Origin: Patescibacteria group bacterium
GTDB taxonomy: Bacteria; Patescibacteriota; Patescibacteriia; Patescibacteriales; JBAZCA01
Direction of reading: 5' to 3'
Length of the DNA stretch: 64,000 nt
Assembly (NCBI GenBank): GCA_041661505.1
Contig: JBAZUF010000001.1
Span: 369,576 to 433,575, forward strand
Part shown: one piece after another, positions 50,135-60,729 of the stretch
How the letters are laid out: each line of letters opens with the position of its first letter
Numbering within the stretch: position 1 is the stretch's first letter
Made by a program: the position numbers and the translations under genes
Notes under the pieces: model-generated
Told to the model about the DNA's origin: nothing
What the model saw: the letters and a program-made list of their open reading frames with translations, nothing else
The model's database searches: none

Positions 50135-50902
50135 TTAATCTTTCTTCGCGAGCCCGTCAGCCGGGTTAAGCTTATAATAGTTGATGCCGACGTCATTAAT
50201 CCATTTTTTTACGCTGGCCTTGTCAAATCCTCTGCAGCTATAGCCGCATTTCCAAACAACCATCCCGGCCGGGTTTTTTACGCCTTGCTTTATGAGCGAG
50301 TCAATCCGGTTGCCGACGACGCTTATCGCCTGGGCGGGAGAGTCAAAGCAGGAGTAGCCGCTTCTAGTCGGATTTTCCCGGCCGCGGTATCCCCAATAGT
50401 TATAGCAATCGACATTGTTGCTTTTTCTCGGCGCATGAAAGCCGAACTCGCTTTCTTTTAAGGCGATGCCGACTATATAAGCGGCGGTAGCCCGGTCTCT
50501 CTTAGCTATCTCATCGGTCATGGCCTCCATAGGAGTGCCTTTGATAATCAAAAGGACTTCCCTTTTTAATTTCTCGGCTCTTTTCTGTTCAGCTTCAGCC
50601 GCCGAAATTCGCCCGTCCTCGGTTGAATCGGCATCCTGGGGGTCAGAATCAAAAGTGCTGGCTAAAGCCACCTCTTTCTCGCCTTCTATCCCATTGGCGT
50701 CCGGAGACGGAGCGGCTGAAAACGGGGAAAAGAAAATAAAAAACGTAATACCGGCCAAAAGGTGGGTAAATAACAGATTAGTTCTCTTTAAGGATGGCTT
50801 GGGCGATGCGCTTATAATAGCGGCTTTATTTGATTTTCTGCGGTTTTTTAGCTTCTTTTTCTTAAGCCGTCTTTTGCGCTCGCTGTTAGTTATTCTTTTC
50901 AT
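50135..50902 (-). CDS. Hypothetical membrane-anchored secreted protein (possible cell-wall hydrolase-like domain)
   Basis: Basic N-terminus plus a TM helix. The C-terminal domain IALKESEFGFHAPRKSNNVDCYNYWGYRG is only weakly reminiscent of lysozyme or transglycosylase E-S motifs. Confidence 0.35.
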   Translation of the reverse strand: MKRITNSERKRRLKKKKLKNRRKSNKAAIISASPKPSLKRTNLLFTHLLAGITFFIFFSPFSAAPSPDANGIEGEKEVALASTFDSDPQDADSTEDGRISAAEAEQKRAEKLKREVLLIIKGTPMEAMTDEIAKRDRATAAYIVGIALKESEFGFHAPRKSNNVDCYNYWGYRGRENPTRSGYSCFDSPAQAISVVGNRIDSLIKQGVKNPAGMVVWKCGYSCRGFDKASVKKWINDVGINYYKLNPADGLAKKD

Positions 50903-51052
50903 TTATTGGCTAATATTAGTCAATTAAAAAGAATAGCCTTTGGGGCTATCCCTAACTTGAAGTATCTTAGCAGATTTTAGAAAAAAATCAACCCTTGAGC
51001 AAGCGGCCGCCGCGGGGCGGCTATTCCCAACCGAATAAATAATAAAGCGCTC

Positions 51053-53788
51053 TTACCTCTTTGATCCGCTGTAGGCTATGGCGTGAATTATGTCCCAATC
51101 AAAAGAGGATTTTGGCTGGCGCCCATAGACGGCCATAAAAGTCTTTATCGAGCTGGCTTCGCTCCCCAGGTTTCTCTTGCCCGGCTTTGGCCCATAGGCG
51201 ATTATCAAAACGGCGGCATCGTCGCTCAAATCGCCGGGCTTTGGATTCCTTTTATAAATTTTTTTAAATATTTTTTTGGCGGCAGACTCTTTGTAAGGGT
51301 CTTTTTTAATTTTTTCTCCCAATATAACCGCCGCCGGTTTTTCTGCGGCTATAAATTCCGGCTTTAGAAGCGGTTGATCGGCGCTATCTATGGCTTTACT
51401 CTTATTATTGCCGCTTGCTCCATCGGCAATATTCTCGCCTCTGGTTTTATCATCACCGCTTCCACTCCCGCCAGAACCTTCTCTTTCCCTGTCTGGACTT
51501 TGGGCCGGCCGGCCGCCTCCATTATAGGGTGAGGCTGGCAAAGACGGGGAAATAACAATGTCTGGCGGCGGGAGCGTGGTAAACGCCTGAATTGAGCTCG
51601 TCGCGATATCACCGTATTCATCAACCGATTCAACGAAAAAATAATAAGTCGTGCTCGCGGACAAATTCGCGAGCAGGCTGTTGTGGCTGACAGTTAGCTG
51701 GCCGTCAAAAACCGAATTGTCAAAATCTATAGTCGAAGTTGCATAGGCGACTTTGCTTTTGGCCGGCTTGTCAGTAAGCCAGGCAACGATTGCCGAGTCC
51801 GCGGTAGTTGACGCGATTTGGATATTGGAAATTACGGGAGGGGCTAAGCTTTCTAAGGCGCTTAATGCGTTTATTCTTTTGCCGGTAACAATTTTTCCGT
51901 CAAGCGGCGGCAAAGAATCGCCGGTTTCTAAAATTAAATCCTTAACCTTGTCCGCGTCCAATCCGGGCTTATAACCCCAAATCAAAGCCGCTAGGCCGGC
52001 CGCCTGCGGAGCGGCCGTAGAAGTCCCCTGCATAAAACCGTATTGTTCATCCGATCCGTCGGAAAAAAATTCTTTGATTATTTTAATGTTATCGATATAG
52101 CAGCCCCCATAATCATTATCCTGCCCGTCGGAAACCCAGCGGAAGCGGAATCTAAAATTGGAAGTTAAAAATCCAGCCGGAAGGATCGCGTCTTTAAAAT
52201 GGTAGGCGGCGCTCCCGGCTGGATCCGGAGGCGATTCGGAATTTAGGATGTCCAGGGTCGGTTCGTCGAATTTGCTTCCAAAAGACGGAATAAGGTTAAA
52301 CTCCTGGAAAGTAGCGCCGTCAGAACTAATTTCTAAAGCCATGTAATCGGTCCAGCGGTCAGTCCGGTACTCCGTATCGCAAGCCGCCCAAAAATCAATT
52401 TTGGCTCCGGCGGCGCCGTTTAAATCAATTACCGGCGAGGAAGCAAAGTAATTTGAATCGCCGTCATATGGATTTTGCCGCAAGTCTCCGAATAAAACAA
52501 AGTCTGTAGAACTCGCTATATCATAGATTCCCATATTTCCGCCCGCCTCCCAGCCGCCGGGCAAATTGGGCGGATTAGCGGTTTGAAAATCTTCCGAAAA
52601 CGGCGTGGTAGAGGCCGACCCGGCGATGGTGCTAAAAATATTTTTTCCCGGCGCGGCGACGTCAACCGAAAGATTGCCATAGTCGGAAAACGAAGCCAGG
52701 CTGTCATCCTGGCCAGTCGCCGCGACAACGATGACGTTTTTTAATCCCGGCCCGGCCGATGAATCGACTCGGAACCCGGCCGGGTAAATCATTGAGCCGA
52801 AGTCGCCTGAATCATGGTTTTGGGCTTGGTTTCCCGCGGCAACGACAAAAATTCCCGGGAAATCCGCGATGGCATCGTACAAAAACTGGTCCAGGCAATC
52901 GTGCGTATAGGCTCCGTTTTGGAAATCGTCGCCCCAGCTGGCATTAATAATTTTCGCGTTATTTTGTTTGGCAAAATGGATGGCTTTGACAATTTCGGCC
53001 GTGGTAAAGGAAGTTTTTAGGGCCATAATCTTTGCACGGGGAGCGACGCCGGTTATGCCTTTGGCGTTATTCTTCGCGGCGGCGATAATTCCGGCGATAT
53101 GGGTGCCGTGGAAACTTCCGGTTGGAATCGGCGTTCGGTCATTATCTTCAAAATCATAGCCGTGGCTGCATCCGCCTAACGCATTACCGTTCTCGTCCGC
53201 GCAGCCAGTCCCGTCCCACATGCTGGCCGCCAGATCCGGATGATTATAAGCAACTCCGGTATCAATTACCGCGACGACTGCTTCGCCGTTTTGTCCTTCG
53301 CTAATTTTCCAGGCTTCATTAGCCTTAATATCCGCGCCATCGATTCCTGAAATTCCGCCGACGTTTTGCCCGAAGTTCTCTATGGCCCAAAGATAATCTT
53401 TATAAGGGTCGTTGGAATCGATTGAAAGCGGATGATATCGGTAGTTGGGCTGGGCCAGCTCAATATTCGGATCTTTTTTTAATTCCGCTACTTTTTCTTC
53501 GACAGACTTACTATCTTTAATCTTCAAAACTTCGCTGTTTTCTTCAGCCAAGTCCCCGTTTCGAGCAAGGAATTTTCCCCCGGCCAAATCCGAAGCCGCG
53601 GTTTGGCCCGAAGGAGTGTCCAAATCAATTTTACTTTCTTTATATTTAACCAGCACTTCCCCTTCGATATAATTTTTGCTTTCAGAAGGGGCGGCGGCCA
53701 GAGAAAAATCGCCCCCAAACAGAAAAACGGCGGCTAAAAAAATTATCGCCCAATTTTTTTTCAGACTGTAATTTTTTTCGGCGTCCAT
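51053..53788 (-). CDS. Secreted subtilisin-like (S8) serine protease with a large C-terminal extension
   Basis: Catalytic triad contexts VAVIDTGVAYNHPDL, HGTHIAGIIAA and GTSTAAPQAAGLAALI. An FN3-like segment is also present, and the terminal 75 aa are homologous to the terminus of 40253-42400. Confidence 0.85.
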   Translation of the reverse strand: MDAEKNYSLKKNWAIIFLAAVFLFGGDFSLAAAPSESKNYIEGEVLVKYKESKIDLDTPSGQTAASDLAGGKFLARNGDLAEENSEVLKIKDSKSVEEKVAELKKDPNIELAQPNYRYHPLSIDSNDPYKDYLWAIENFGQNVGGISGIDGADIKANEAWKISEGQNGEAVVAVIDTGVAYNHPDLAASMWDGTGCADENGNALGGCSHGYDFEDNDRTPIPTGSFHGTHIAGIIAAAKNNAKGITGVAPRAKIMALKTSFTTAEIVKAIHFAKQNNAKIINASWGDDFQNGAYTHDCLDQFLYDAIADFPGIFVVAAGNQAQNHDSGDFGSMIYPAGFRVDSSAGPGLKNVIVVAATGQDDSLASFSDYGNLSVDVAAPGKNIFSTIAGSASTTPFSEDFQTANPPNLPGGWEAGGNMGIYDIASSTDFVLFGDLRQNPYDGDSNYFASSPVIDLNGAAGAKIDFWAACDTEYRTDRWTDYMALEISSDGATFQEFNLIPSFGSKFDEPTLDILNSESPPDPAGSAAYHFKDAILPAGFLTSNFRFRFRWVSDGQDNDYGGCYIDNIKIIKEFFSDGSDEQYGFMQGTSTAAPQAAGLAALIWGYKPGLDADKVKDLILETGDSLPPLDGKIVTGKRINALSALESLAPPVISNIQIASTTADSAIVAWLTDKPAKSKVAYATSTIDFDNSVFDGQLTVSHNSLLANLSASTTYYFFVESVDEYGDIATSSIQAFTTLPPPDIVISPSLPASPYNGGGRPAQSPDREREGSGGSGSGDDKTRGENIADGASGNNKSKAIDSADQPLLKPEFIAAEKPAAVILGEKIKKDPYKESAAKKIFKKIYKRNPKPGDLSDDAAVLIIAYGPKPGKRNLGSEASSIKTFMAVYGRQPKSSFDWDIIHAIAYSGSKR

Positions 53789-53979
53789 GGGTTTCGTCTT
53801 ATGGAAATAAAGCCCGCGGATTGGTATAATTCATTACTAAATTATCGCCCAAAATAATTAATTTTTAATTAAGGACGGGCTGGAAAATATAAAAAAATCT
53901 ATTAAATCTTGGCACTTTTTTGCATTTTTTTCGGCTTTACTGCTATAATAAAACGGTGTAGAAATTTACTTGAAAGCTC

Positions 53980-54564
53980 ATGCTTCTTACCTTATCGCAA
54001 ATCACCGCCAGCATAATCCAGTACAGGTACATGCTGCTTTTTCCGATTTCAATTTTTGAGGGCCCGATCATAACCGTAATTACCGGGAGCCTTACCGCTA
54101 TCGGAATAATGGATTTTTGGGCGGCTTATGCCATTTTATCCTTAGGCGACATTGTCGGCGACGCGGTTTATTATGCCTTGGGTTTTTACGGCAAAGCCCA
54201 GATCATAAAACGCTTTGGGAAATTGCTAAGATTTGACATCAGCCAGGTAGAAAGCCTGGAGAAGCATTTTGAAGACCACGGCGGAAAAACCCTTCTGGCC
54301 GGAAAAATTTCCCATGGGATCGGCGGAGTATTCTTAGTCGCGGCCGGCGCGGCTAAAATGAATTTTTGGAAATTTATCGGCTACAATATCCTCGGCACCC
54401 TGCCGAAAACTTTATTCCTATTATTAATCGGCTATTATTTCGGCAGGGCCATATCCCGGGTAAGATCGGCCATGGACTATTTTGCCGTTTTCGCCGGTAT
54501 TGCCTTTATTGCCGCCATCCTCCTTTACCTTTACCGGTCGAAAAAATTCTGGCCGCGCCTATAG
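53980..54564 (+). CDS. DedA/SNARE-associated family membrane protein
   Basis: LLFPISIFEGPIITVITGSL and LLAGKISHGIGG patterns; 194 aa. Confidence 0.7.
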   Translation: MLLTLSQITASIIQYRYMLLFPISIFEGPIITVITGSLTAIGIMDFWAAYAILSLGDIVGDAVYYALGFYGKAQIIKRFGKLLRFDISQVESLEKHFEDHGGKTLLAGKISHGIGGVFLVAAGAAKMNFWKFIGYNILGTLPKTLFLLLIGYYFGRAISRVRSAMDYFAVFAGIAFIAAILLYLYRSKKFWPRL

Positions 54565-54579
54565 GCCTCTGAAAAATTT

Positions 54580-55416
54580 ATGAATCAGGATGAATTAGTA
54601 AAAAAATCAATCGAAACGGGAAAAGGGGAAATATTTTATTTTACCAACAGCCGCCACCCGGGACGGCCGACTGTAGTATTTTTGCATGGCCTGTCTTCCA
54701 ATCACCGGACTTGGGTTCCGGCGGCGCTCGCCTTGGACAATGAAAAATTCAACAGCCTCTTAATCGATATCCGCGGGCACGGCCATTCTGATAAAAGAAA
54801 AAGGAAATCGCTTTATAACTTCGAAAATTTAAGCCGGGATTTGGACTTAATTCTAAAAAAAGAGGGGCTAGCTAGAATAATTTTAGCCGGCTATTCTTTC
54901 GGCGGTTCTATCTCTCTTGATTTCGCTTTGCGCCACCCGGACATGGTATCCGGGATTATACTTGTAAGCGCCAATCACGCCGGGCCGCTGAAATTCATCG
55001 GACCCAGCTGGGCTTCTCCTTTGGCCGATTTGATTACTAATATTTTAGCCTGGCTCTTAATTTGGCAAAGTCGCAGAAAATATCTTTATTACGAGCCCTG
55101 GAAGGGAAAAAGCTATTGGGATACGGTCTGGAAAGGCTTTAAAACCATGCCTCTGTCGGTCAACCTCTGGCTCGTATCCCACATGATTAACTTAAATTTA
55201 AGGAGTTTAATTAAGGAAATAAAAGCGCCGGTTTGGATAATCCATTCAAGCTACGACCCCTTTCTCACTAAAAAGGAATTAAAAGAAATAAAAGAAGCGA
55301 TTCCTAAAGTAAAAATTTTTACCCTGGATAATCCCAGCCATTTTATCGCCACCGACATGCAGGAGGAAGTGGCGGAAATTATTTTAAGGTTCTTAAAAGA
55401 AAACTTCGTATCATAA
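54580..55416 (+). CDS. Alpha/beta-fold hydrolase
   Basis: VVFLHGLSSN and GYSFGG (a GxSxG nucleophile elbow), with a C-terminal His context. Confidence 0.75.
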   Translation: MNQDELVKKSIETGKGEIFYFTNSRHPGRPTVVFLHGLSSNHRTWVPAALALDNEKFNSLLIDIRGHGHSDKRKRKSLYNFENLSRDLDLILKKEGLARIILAGYSFGGSISLDFALRHPDMVSGIILVSANHAGPLKFIGPSWASPLADLITNILAWLLIWQSRRKYLYYEPWKGKSYWDTVWKGFKTMPLSVNLWLVSHMINLNLRSLIKEIKAPVWIIHSSYDPFLTKKELKEIKEAIPKVKIFTLDNPSHFIATDMQEEVAEIILRFLKENFVS

Positions 55417-55448
55417 ATTTAAAATTGCGAGACTTGCCAGCCAAAATT

Positions 55449-56609
55449 ATGAAAATAGCGATTTTTAGCGATACATATTTTCCCCAGGTAAACGGCGTTG
55501 CTTCTGTCGCCCGGCAGACTGCCGTTAATTTGAGCGAGGCCGGCCATGAGGTCGCGGTTTTTACGGTTTCGCAGGAGCCGGAAGCGGAATTGAACAGAAA
55601 ATTAGGCAACCGGTTTAAAGTCATCCTTCTTCCCTCCCTTCCTTTCTGGGCTTACAGCGACTACCGGATAACTTTGCCAGCGAGCTTTTCCTTAAAAAAA
55701 GTGAAAAAATTCCAGCCGGACATTATCCATGTCCAGACGCCCTTCGGGGCCGGATGGGAAGGGGTGCTTTGCTCTAAGCTGTTAAAAGTTCCCCTAGTCG
55801 GCACCCATCACACCTTCTACGATTACTATCTAAAGCACATTAAGCTGGATTATAAAATTCCGAAAAAACTTTCCTGGAAGTATACCGCCGGTTTTTACAA
55901 CCGCTGTGATCTTGTTTTAAACCCTTCCCGCGTCTTAAACGACCAGTTGAAAGAAAACGGCTTAACCAAGCCTTCCTTAGTTTTACCCAATCCGATTGAT
56001 ACGGTTTTTTTCAAGCCGGCCGCAACTGAAGAAGAAAAAAAATCAGTTAAAAAGGAGTTTGGCGTTGGCGGGCGAGTGGTTTCCTATATGGGCCGGGTGA
56101 GTTATGAAAAAAGCATCGATCAGGCTATCAAGGCTTTTTCTATTGCGTCAGGAAAATTGGAGGATGCGAAAATGATGATAATCGGCGACGGGCCGGAAAG
56201 GGAAAATCTGGAACGGTTAGTCAAGAAGCTTAAGCTGGGTGATAAAGTAATCTTTACCAGTTATCTTTTTGGAGGCCAGCTATTAAAAGCCCTGCAAGCC
56301 GCCGACGTTTTTATAACCGCGTCGAAAAGCGAAAACCAGCCAGTATCGGTTTTGGAAGCTATGGCCTGCGGCCTGCCGATAGTCGCGGTTTCCGCCGAAG
56401 GCCTGCCGGAAATTGTTAATGACGGCAAAAACGGGTTTTTAGCCAAGCCCGATAAACCGGAGGAAATGGCGGAAAAAATTATTTTAATAATGAGGGACTC
56501 GAAACTTAAAAATAAATTTTCCCAAAACTCGAGAGAAATCGCGCTTCGTTTTTCCAATAAAATAATAACGGAAAAATTAATCGGGCATTATTCTTCTTTA
56601 TTAGCATAA
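55449..56609 (+). CDS. Glycosyltransferase family 4
   Basis: MKIAIFSDTYFPQVNGV... and SENQPVSVLEAMACGLPIV (EX7E region). Confidence 0.8.
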   Translation: MKIAIFSDTYFPQVNGVASVARQTAVNLSEAGHEVAVFTVSQEPEAELNRKLGNRFKVILLPSLPFWAYSDYRITLPASFSLKKVKKFQPDIIHVQTPFGAGWEGVLCSKLLKVPLVGTHHTFYDYYLKHIKLDYKIPKKLSWKYTAGFYNRCDLVLNPSRVLNDQLKENGLTKPSLVLPNPIDTVFFKPAATEEEKKSVKKEFGVGGRVVSYMGRVSYEKSIDQAIKAFSIASGKLEDAKMMIIGDGPERENLERLVKKLKLGDKVIFTSYLFGGQLLKALQAADVFITASKSENQPVSVLEAMACGLPIVAVSAEGLPEIVNDGKNGFLAKPDKPEEMAEKIILIMRDSKLKNKFSQNSREIALRFSNKIITEKLIGHYSSLLA

Positions 56610-56684
56610 TTATATCTGATGATATAATTTCATTCACCAGGAAGCGGCTTGGCAAGTCTAGCCATTCCCTGGCTCAAATCAATT

Positions 56685-57698
56685 ATGAAAATTTGCCTTT
56701 ACCTCGAGTTTAAAAATTTTTTGGGCGGCCTTTTTTACAAAAAAATCGGCACCGGGCTTTTGTCTTCCTATAAAAATCAGGAAGACATGCTAAAGCATCT
56801 CGCGATCCCTTTTAGTGGCCGCTGGGATCCGTCTTGCGATATTCTGCAGATTAACACCCCCTGGTTTAAATCCATATATCTAATGAAAAGGGCAAAAAAG
56901 CTCAATAAAAAAATCATAGTCTGGGCGCATGTATCTCCCGAAGACGCCAAGCACGTTTTTAGAATCAACCGCTTTATCTACCCGGCAATAAAAAAATATC
57001 TCGTTTACGCCTACAATCTCGCCGACGTAATCCTTTGCCCTTCAGAATATACCAAAAAACTGATGATTGCCCACGGCTTGCCCGAAAAAAAGTTAATCGT
57101 CCAGTCAAACGGCGTTGATTTGGCCAAATTTTATAAAAGTGAAGAAAAAAGAAAAGCCGGCCGGCAGTTATTCGGGCTGGATGGGCGGCTGGCTGTCGGT
57201 ACGGTCGGGCTGATAATTCCGAGAAAAGGCACGGACACCTTTTTAAAACTGGCCGAAGGCTTTAAGGAAAATAAATTTATCTGGATTGGAAAAAAATATA
57301 ACCGCCTGATGGTAAAATCCCTTCCGGGCGAACTGCCCGCTAACGTAAATTTTACCGGCTTTATCGACGATATTTTGGCGGGCTTTAACGCGCTGGACAT
57401 TTTCCTTTTCCCCTCTTATGAAGAAAACGAGGGGATGGTTATTTTGGAGGCGGCGGCTTTAGGCTTGCCGATTTTGGTCCGCGACATCCCGGTTTACGAG
57501 GGCTGGCTCAAGCACGGAGAAAATTGCCTTAAGGCTAAAAACGACAATGAGTTCTCTAAATATCTAAACGAGCTTCTTCGCGATGAGGATTTGAGAAAAA
57601 AATTGGGGATTGGCGCCTTGGCACTGGCCCAATCCAAAAGCAAATCCGTCTTAGCGCTAAAGCTAAAAGAAGTCTATGACTTACTTTTAAAAAAATAA
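56685..57698 (+). CDS. Glycosyltransferase family 4 (second)
   Basis: FPSYEENEGMVILEAAALGLPILV. ATG 56685. Confidence 0.75.
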   Translation: MKICLYLEFKNFLGGLFYKKIGTGLLSSYKNQEDMLKHLAIPFSGRWDPSCDILQINTPWFKSIYLMKRAKKLNKKIIVWAHVSPEDAKHVFRINRFIYPAIKKYLVYAYNLADVILCPSEYTKKLMIAHGLPEKKLIVQSNGVDLAKFYKSEEKRKAGRQLFGLDGRLAVGTVGLIIPRKGTDTFLKLAEGFKENKFIWIGKKYNRLMVKSLPGELPANVNFTGFIDDILAGFNALDIFLFPSYEENEGMVILEAAALGLPILVRDIPVYEGWLKHGENCLKAKNDNEFSKYLNELLRDEDLRKKLGIGALALAQSKSKSVLALKLKEVYDLLLKK

Positions 57699-57753
57699 CT
57701 TTGTATCTTTTCGGGTTCTACGCGAAGCACTAAGGAAAATCTTATCAATTACC

Positions 57754-57781
57754 AAAAAAGCCGGAGGGGATCCGGCTTTTA
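57754..57781. terminator. Bidirectional terminator
   Basis: aaaaa-agccgga-gggga-tccggct-tttt. Confidence 0.7.
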
Positions 57782-57804
57782 ACTAATTAGTGTTCACGTT
57801 TAAG

Positions 57805-58383
57805 CTACTGGCTTTCTTTCTGCCATTCGGCATTATCCACTTTCCATCCGTTGCCAACGCGGACTATCGTCAGAAGCAAGCCTTGGCTAAATTTCCGGTC
57901 GCCTCCATCTTTTTTTTCTATCCGCTCAGTAGTTAGCATAAGCAAATCCATGCCAGCTTTATCGTCTAATGAGATCACTTGCTGGGACAAAATCCCGGTA
58001 GTAGTAATCTGGACAACAGGGGTCTTTGACCGGCTAAGCGTTTTCTCTTTTTGCGCTTCCCTTTTTTTCATTTCCTCCGTCATTTTTGGACCTAGCTCTT
58101 TTAGGGAGGCATTGCCATAAACTGAAGCGAATGAACTGGCGAGCTCTCCGGCTACTGGGTCAAGCTCTTGAATATCTATATCTTCCGGCAACTGGTCAGC
58201 CGGTATTGCAGAGCCGGCTTTGGCTGACTCGTCATTTGCATTTACTGAATCCGCCGGCTTGATTGAATTTAACTTCCCTGCATTAGACAGTTTAATCAGA
58301 TAAAACGACATCCCAAAAGCCGACACTCCCAGTATCAGATTAAATATCAGAAGTAAAACAATAATTTTTTCTTTGTTTATCAT
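57805..58383 (-). CDS. Cassette 1, gene c: membrane-anchored 192-aa protein
   Basis: The N-terminal 52 aa are identical to the paralog at 60730-61314. The C-terminus is LLLTIVRVGNGWKVDNAEWQKESQ. Confidence 0.7.
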   Translation of the reverse strand: MINKEKIIVLLLIFNLILGVSAFGMSFYLIKLSNAGKLNSIKPADSVNANDESAKAGSAIPADQLPEDIDIQELDPVAGELASSFASVYGNASLKELGPKMTEEMKKREAQKEKTLSRSKTPVVQITTTGILSQQVISLDDKAGMDLLMLTTERIEKKDGGDRKFSQGLLLTIVRVGNGWKVDNAEWQKESQ

Positions 58384-58394
58384 AATTTTCCAGG

Positions 58395-60050
58395 TTAATA
58401 GCAGAGGGTTTGAGCAAAATTCGCCGTGCAGGTAATATAAGAAGTGTTGCAGCCAACGTCATATTCATAATATCCGTTGCCATAGGTGCAAGTTTCTGCG
58501 GGAGTGTTACTCCAACCATGGCTTCCGGTAGAACAAGACGACCCGGGACAGCCATCCCCTGTGGCGCCGGTGCAGGTATTGGGGTAAGTAGCCGACCAGT
58601 TGGCTACATAAGTCCAGCCTGAAGCGCAGTAGCCAGTAAAAAGGCAATAATCAGCCCAGTACACGGTTCCGCCGGCGGCAGTGCACTGGGCTTCGGTGTG
58701 GATCCCGCCGTAAAGCTCATCGGGATTTAGTTTTCTGCATACTTCTAGATAGTTACCACCGACACTAGTTCCACCCTTATAATAAAAACCGAGGTAGCCG
58801 TAATCGCCTTCATCGTCAATGAAATAAGGATTTAAAGAAAAGAGTTGAACATATCCAGCAGGACAATGATCCCACCGGTTGGCTGTAGCATGCGCGAAAA
58901 CAAAATTTACCGGCAAAACCCCGCTTGCGATAGTGCTTAAGCAATTACCGCCTCCCTGGTCAGTGCAAATATCGCCAGACGCGTGAATAGCTCCCGCAAC
59001 ATCCAGCCTTTTTGTCGGTTCAGTCGTTCCAATGCCGACGTTGCCGCCTCTTTTGAAAGTAACCCGGTTATCCGTTCCGTCCCAGAAATTTAAATCATTG
59101 GAACTTCCGGCGACATACCCCAGCCATTTCAAAGTTCCGTCCTTTGCCCAGCCGACTCTCGCCTGGTCGGCGGCCGCGGAGTCAGTAATAATCCCTGACG
59201 TAGCCGAATAGACATGCAAAGCCGATATAGGCGCTAGCGTCCCGATGCCGACATTGCCATTTTTCATTGTTAATGTTTGCAGCGGATTGCCGGAACTGTT
59301 CGGAGTTGTAAAAGACAATCTTGCGCCGGCCCAGCCATTCGTATCAATGACCGCGTCGGCCTTTGCGATCCAGCCAACATACCCTCCATTATTCCCGTAC
59401 CATCTTAGTGCGCCGTTTCCTGCCGCGCCCGCGGCGCTAGTAGTTGTAAGTTCAAGTTTTGCCCCGGTGTCGCCGCCTGAAGCGATGCCCGGCGCCGCCG
59501 TCGATCCGATGCCGACGTTGCCGGCGGTAACTCTTAATCCGCCGCCTTGAATATCGACAAAGCTCTTGCCGTAAGCCATCCCCGGGTTCATAACAATCCC
59601 GGTTGGCCAGTCAAGGGTTAATTGCGCGTACGGCGCCACCCAAGCCCCCGATGATCTGTATATTCCATAGTCATTCCCGGATCCTCCTGTATGCCAATAA
59701 ACACCTGCCGTAGAATCGGTTGATACTGTTCCCAGATCAATATAGTCATTTGACAGAAGAATATTCCCGTTTACTTCAAGTTTTGCCCCTGGCCCTAGCG
59801 TCCCGATGCCGACATTGCCGTTCTCAACCAACAATCCGTTGGTGGTGGGGGCGCCGAGGTGGTTTAACGATAAGCCGCCGTTTTTTGTTTGAAAGGTGGT
59901 AGATATGTTTAGCGGGGTGTCGATATTTCCACCTGGAGGACCTACGGTAGGGGAAATCCAGACCGCAAGGAGCGACTGGAAGGATATGGAAAGCCCGAGA
60001 GTAACTATTATCGCAACGGCGAATAAGATTACTAATTTATGAGTCCTCAT
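58395..60050 (-). CDS. Cassette 1, gene b: membrane-anchored fibre-like protein with GNVGIGT repeats and a Cys-rich C-terminal domain
   Basis: N-terminal anchor plus WISPTVGPPGGNIDTPLN, four GNVGIG(T/S) motifs, and a C-terminal domain HTEAQCTAAGGTV...CASGWTYVANWS...GSHGWSNTP...ANFAQTLCY. Confidence 0.7.
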   Translation of the reverse strand: MRTHKLVILFAVAIIVTLGLSISFQSLLAVWISPTVGPPGGNIDTPLNISTTFQTKNGGLSLNHLGAPTTNGLLVENGNVGIGTLGPGAKLEVNGNILLSNDYIDLGTVSTDSTAGVYWHTGGSGNDYGIYRSSGAWVAPYAQLTLDWPTGIVMNPGMAYGKSFVDIQGGGLRVTAGNVGIGSTAAPGIASGGDTGAKLELTTTSAAGAAGNGALRWYGNNGGYVGWIAKADAVIDTNGWAGARLSFTTPNSSGNPLQTLTMKNGNVGIGTLAPISALHVYSATSGIITDSAAADQARVGWAKDGTLKWLGYVAGSSNDLNFWDGTDNRVTFKRGGNVGIGTTEPTKRLDVAGAIHASGDICTDQGGGNCLSTIASGVLPVNFVFAHATANRWDHCPAGYVQLFSLNPYFIDDEGDYGYLGFYYKGGTSVGGNYLEVCRKLNPDELYGGIHTEAQCTAAGGTVYWADYCLFTGYCASGWTYVANWSATYPNTCTGATGDGCPGSSCSTGSHGWSNTPAETCTYGNGYYEYDVGCNTSYITCTANFAQTLCY

Positions 60051-60100
60051 AAATGATATAAGCGCGGGAAGCGTAAAAGCCCGTTTTTCCGCTTCCTTGC

Positions 60101-60128
60101 GAATGAGTGATCCCGAATTCCCGGGGTC
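60101..60128 (-). repeat. GC-hairpin element copy E, inside an 88-nt spacer that is absent from the paralogous cassette
   Basis: The plus strand reads gaatGAGTGATCCCGaattccCGGGGTC, compared with the reverse complement of copy A, aGTGAGTGATCCCCGC. An adjacent hairpin ggaagcg/cgcttcc lies at 60067-60096. Confidence 0.55.
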
Positions 60129-60138
60129 AGATATAGTT

Positions 60139-60501
60139 TTAGCGTATCCCTAATTCATTTTTAATTTTTACGCTTGGGTCGTAAATAAAATCCATTTCTT
60201 CCTGGGTGTAGTTTCTTCCGCTAGCCGCGACTCGGATCTCATCAAGCCGTTTTCTTATTTTTTCTTCTATAGCCGCGTTCAATATTTCCTCTTCTTTGGA
60301 CGTAAGCGCTTGGTTATTTTTTTTCTTTTCAATTATGCCATTTGAATCAGCCCGGGGGCTTACAGCCTTCTCCATCGTATTTGGAGCCTTGGCTTCCGGA
60401 TTTGTCCATCTGGTTTTATCAATGAAAAAATACAGATCCGCGCCGATTATCATTAGCGCGGCAATAATTGACAAATACACTATGGCTTTCTTTGGATCCA
60501 T
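60139..60501 (-). CDS. Cassette 1, gene a: 120-aa single-pass membrane protein
   Basis: Paralog of 62469-62831, sharing IIEKKKNN...GR.YTQEE..FIY.PSV.VKNELGI. Confidence 0.65.
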   Translation of the reverse strand: MDPKKAIVYLSIIAALMIIGADLYFFIDKTRWTNPEAKAPNTMEKAVSPRADSNGIIEKKKNNQALTSKEEEILNAAIEEKIRKRLDEIRVAASGRNYTQEEMDFIYDPSVKIKNELGIR

Positions 60502-60579
60502 GCGTTAGTAATAACAATGCGAATACGCAATATCTTAGCGGGCCGGAGGCTGCCCCTCCCCTCGGACTGTACAATATAT

Positions 60580-60588
60580 ATTTTACCA
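60580..60588 (-). promoter_or_regulatory. Extended -10 element TGGTAAAAT upstream of cassette 1
   Basis: The minus strand reads aaaaatggtaaaatatat. The analogous TGGTAGAAT lies upstream of cassette 2. Confidence 0.4.
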
Positions 60589-60729
60589 TTTTTATAATAA
60601 ATAGGGAAACAAACCCCCTTGGCCGGGAGCAAAACCGGACGTGCTACGGCTTATTGTCGGCGGCGTCTCGCCTATCTATGCCAAAAATCCGGTAAAAATC
60701 CATCATTTTCCGCTATTATTCAAATTAAA